A stretch of 63,635 nt of DNA, filler included, from Vermamoeba vermiformis (lineage: Eukaryota), in NCBI GenBank assembly GCA_045837725.1. It is 11 parts of 11 records of this genome, joined end to end, with 100 filler letters (N's around TTAATTAATTAA, not from the genome) between each part and the next. Parts side by side here need not be neighbours in the genome. Positions count along the whole stretch, not along the records: positions 61,194 to 63,635 come from JBEWZL010000052.1; 10 more parts are not named here. One strand, 5' to 3'. The notes under the pieces are model-generated. The model did no database searches and was not told the origin of the DNA. It saw only the letters and a program-made list of their open reading frames with translations. The position numbers and the translations under genes are program-made. Of this stretch, positions 61,793 to 63,635 are shown piece by piece. Every line of letters begins with the position of its first letter. The first letter of the stretch is position 1.

Positions 61793-63635
61793 CCCTGGAA
61801 AAAATAATTCGTCCTTGCCTTGCCCACGGAGCGAGGCAAGGCTCCATACATTGTGTATACAGGGAAACCGCGAGGCAAGGCTCCTTGCTCCAAGACCAAG
61901 GCAAGGACAATGAACCGACCGTGACGCAGAATAGCCCTACAGGTATTTTCATGAAAATAACAATATATTCGGATAATAGAGATTTATTAACTTAAATACA
62001 AAGTACAAACGCAGATGTAGGTGGCGATCAACGGATGAGGGTGGCTAACGCAATTATGGACCCTAAAATGAATATTAGAATGTAATTTTTGCACGGATTT
62101 TCCTTACGCGACATTGCAGTGGGACATCCGTACTTGAATTCGCTCTTTCTGCTTGAATCCGCTCTAAAAAAATAAAATCAATTTTCTTGTACAACATACA
62201 TAATATACTTACAAAATATACGGCCACAGCTGCGTAAATATTTTCGGTAACGAGATGCAAATTAGATTTGATCAAGTCAAATCGTTTCTTGTGTCGGCTG
62301 CTAACTAACAAGCTATGGAATATGATTATTATTATATAGATTATAAATAATATTTTTATCGTACCATTTGGCATTGCTGTGTTTGGCTGATCCGCACGCG
62401 CACGAACTTGAAACTATCTAGTGCAGTTAGAGCTTGATATACTATCATTACTTTAATATTAAACTTTCCATTGAAGTGTTGTTTACATTCAGATTACTCG
62501 AACAAAACTGCGCAATCCGCCAAAGACTATTTTTTGAATGGGCTCTTGGTTCAAATTAGGTGTTGATTGCTTTATAATTGCATCAACTTAAATCAAATAG
62601 ATTAATCTGAGCTGATTATGTGTTATATTCTCGGTCTAGCAGGTTTGAGTGTTGCATTCCGTGATCCAGTTGTCTGTATTGATGCTTAAATTGAAAATTG
62701 CATCGATACCATTTTAATATTTTACAATCGTAAATCCAAATTTACCAAACAATGAGTAACTCAGCGAGCGGGTTCAAATCTGCGAGATCTGAACCTTCTA
62801 TCTCAATCAATGGATTCCGTCATCAGTGTTTATATTATAGAGTTAAATCCTAATATTTCTTATTCATGTTTATTGCGTTAATTGCCTTGAATACTGATTC
62901 CGTAATCAACATCCGCCACTGCTTTTTCCGACCTGGATCAAGTTGCCATTTTTATGTCCGATACCTTCTAAAGGCAAACAAGTCAGTATAGTATGCATAA
63001 ATTTACAACATTCAAAGAGAAAACTGAAGTTGTAACCGGGTATTGCCCCTGGACTTTTTCGATCCGTATCGGTTTCTGCTAGAACAACGATGGGGAGTCA
63101 TATTACATTTTTCTGTCACTGAATAACGAATTTTAGAGTCAAAGATGCCAAAATCTTTTGTTATCGCTGATAAGATCCGCCGTTCTGGATCAAATCTTAA
63201 AAAGCTGCAGAATCAGCGACTTTTCATCATAAATAAAATGTAATGTGTGGATATGTGTCATTTTTATTTTGAAATTATTGATTAAAAGCCTACAAAGGGA
63301 TCGTCATTCGGATCTTGCTCTCGATCAGCATCAAACTCGCGTTCTGCCAACAATCAATCAACTTGCTCGCCATACGTTACATCTAATGCACTATTGTATG
63401 ATATTATTGCAATAAAATTACCTACCTCCGTGCCTTGCCTTGTTCGTAGCGCAAGGCAAGCAATCATTATCCGCCTTGCCTTGTTCGTAGCACGAGGCGA
63501 GCAATCATTTTTTGCCTTGCCTTGTTCGTAGCACAAGGCGAGGGACGATTTTTGCCTTGCCTTGCTCCAACTCCAAGGCAAGGCTGCCTTGCCTCGCTCC
63601 ATGCGCGAGGCAAGAACGAATTATTTTCTGCAGGG
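61793..63635. mobile_element. Non-autonomous TIR DNA transposon (about 1.84 kb) with CCCTG termini and GCAAGGCAAG-type subterminal repeats
   Basis: Left end CCCTGGAAAAAATAATTCGTCCTTGCCTTGCCCACGGAGCGAGGCAAGGC versus right end (reverse complement) CCCTGCAGAAAATAATTCGTTCTTGCCTCGCGCATGGAGCGAGGCAAGGC. Tandem GCCTTGCCTTGTTCGTAGC units at 63432-63540. Confidence 0.85.

Noticed and set aside
1-63635. tRNA or rRNA genes; alternative genetic code
   Set aside because: No cloverleaf or rRNA-like sequence was recognised by eye. Intact genes end in TAA, TAG and TGA, and internal stops are explained by introns or decay.

Overview
Eukaryotic genomic DNA: short AT-rich GT-AG introns, standard genetic code, TTAGGG-type telomere repeats. 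A free-living protist is a plausible but unproven source. The window is not one locus. It is 11 contigs joined by artificial 100-nt spacers (N44-TTAATTAATTAA-N44), so adjacency across spacers means nothing. Ordinary genes include F-box/LRR and LRR proteins, a GNAT, an MFS sugar transporter, a VPS29-like protein, NmrA, cytochrome b5, PRA1, EGF surface proteins and two 2OG-Fe(II) oxygenases. The most unusual material is in the mobile DNA. (1) A 4.5-kb Sola-like DDD transposon carries a second, divergent 5-exon gene whose N-terminus looks like the RPA70 N-terminal OB domain; the ORF track misses it because introns split it. (2) An intact 10-exon tyrosine recombinase with chromo-like and BAH/Tudor-like domains ends about 160 bp from a (CCCTAA)n tract, with a hint of telomeric repeat at the other contig end. 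(3) A GC-rich spliced gene has a ParB/DGQHR motif. (4) A PIF/Harbinger family (transposase element plus MITEs) has 3-bp target duplications TCT, TGC and TAG rather than TAA/TTA. Several MITEs, a 50/51-bp hairpin minisatellite and CpG decay in repeats are also visible. All gene models and domain calls were made by eye and need HMM or RNA-seq confirmation.
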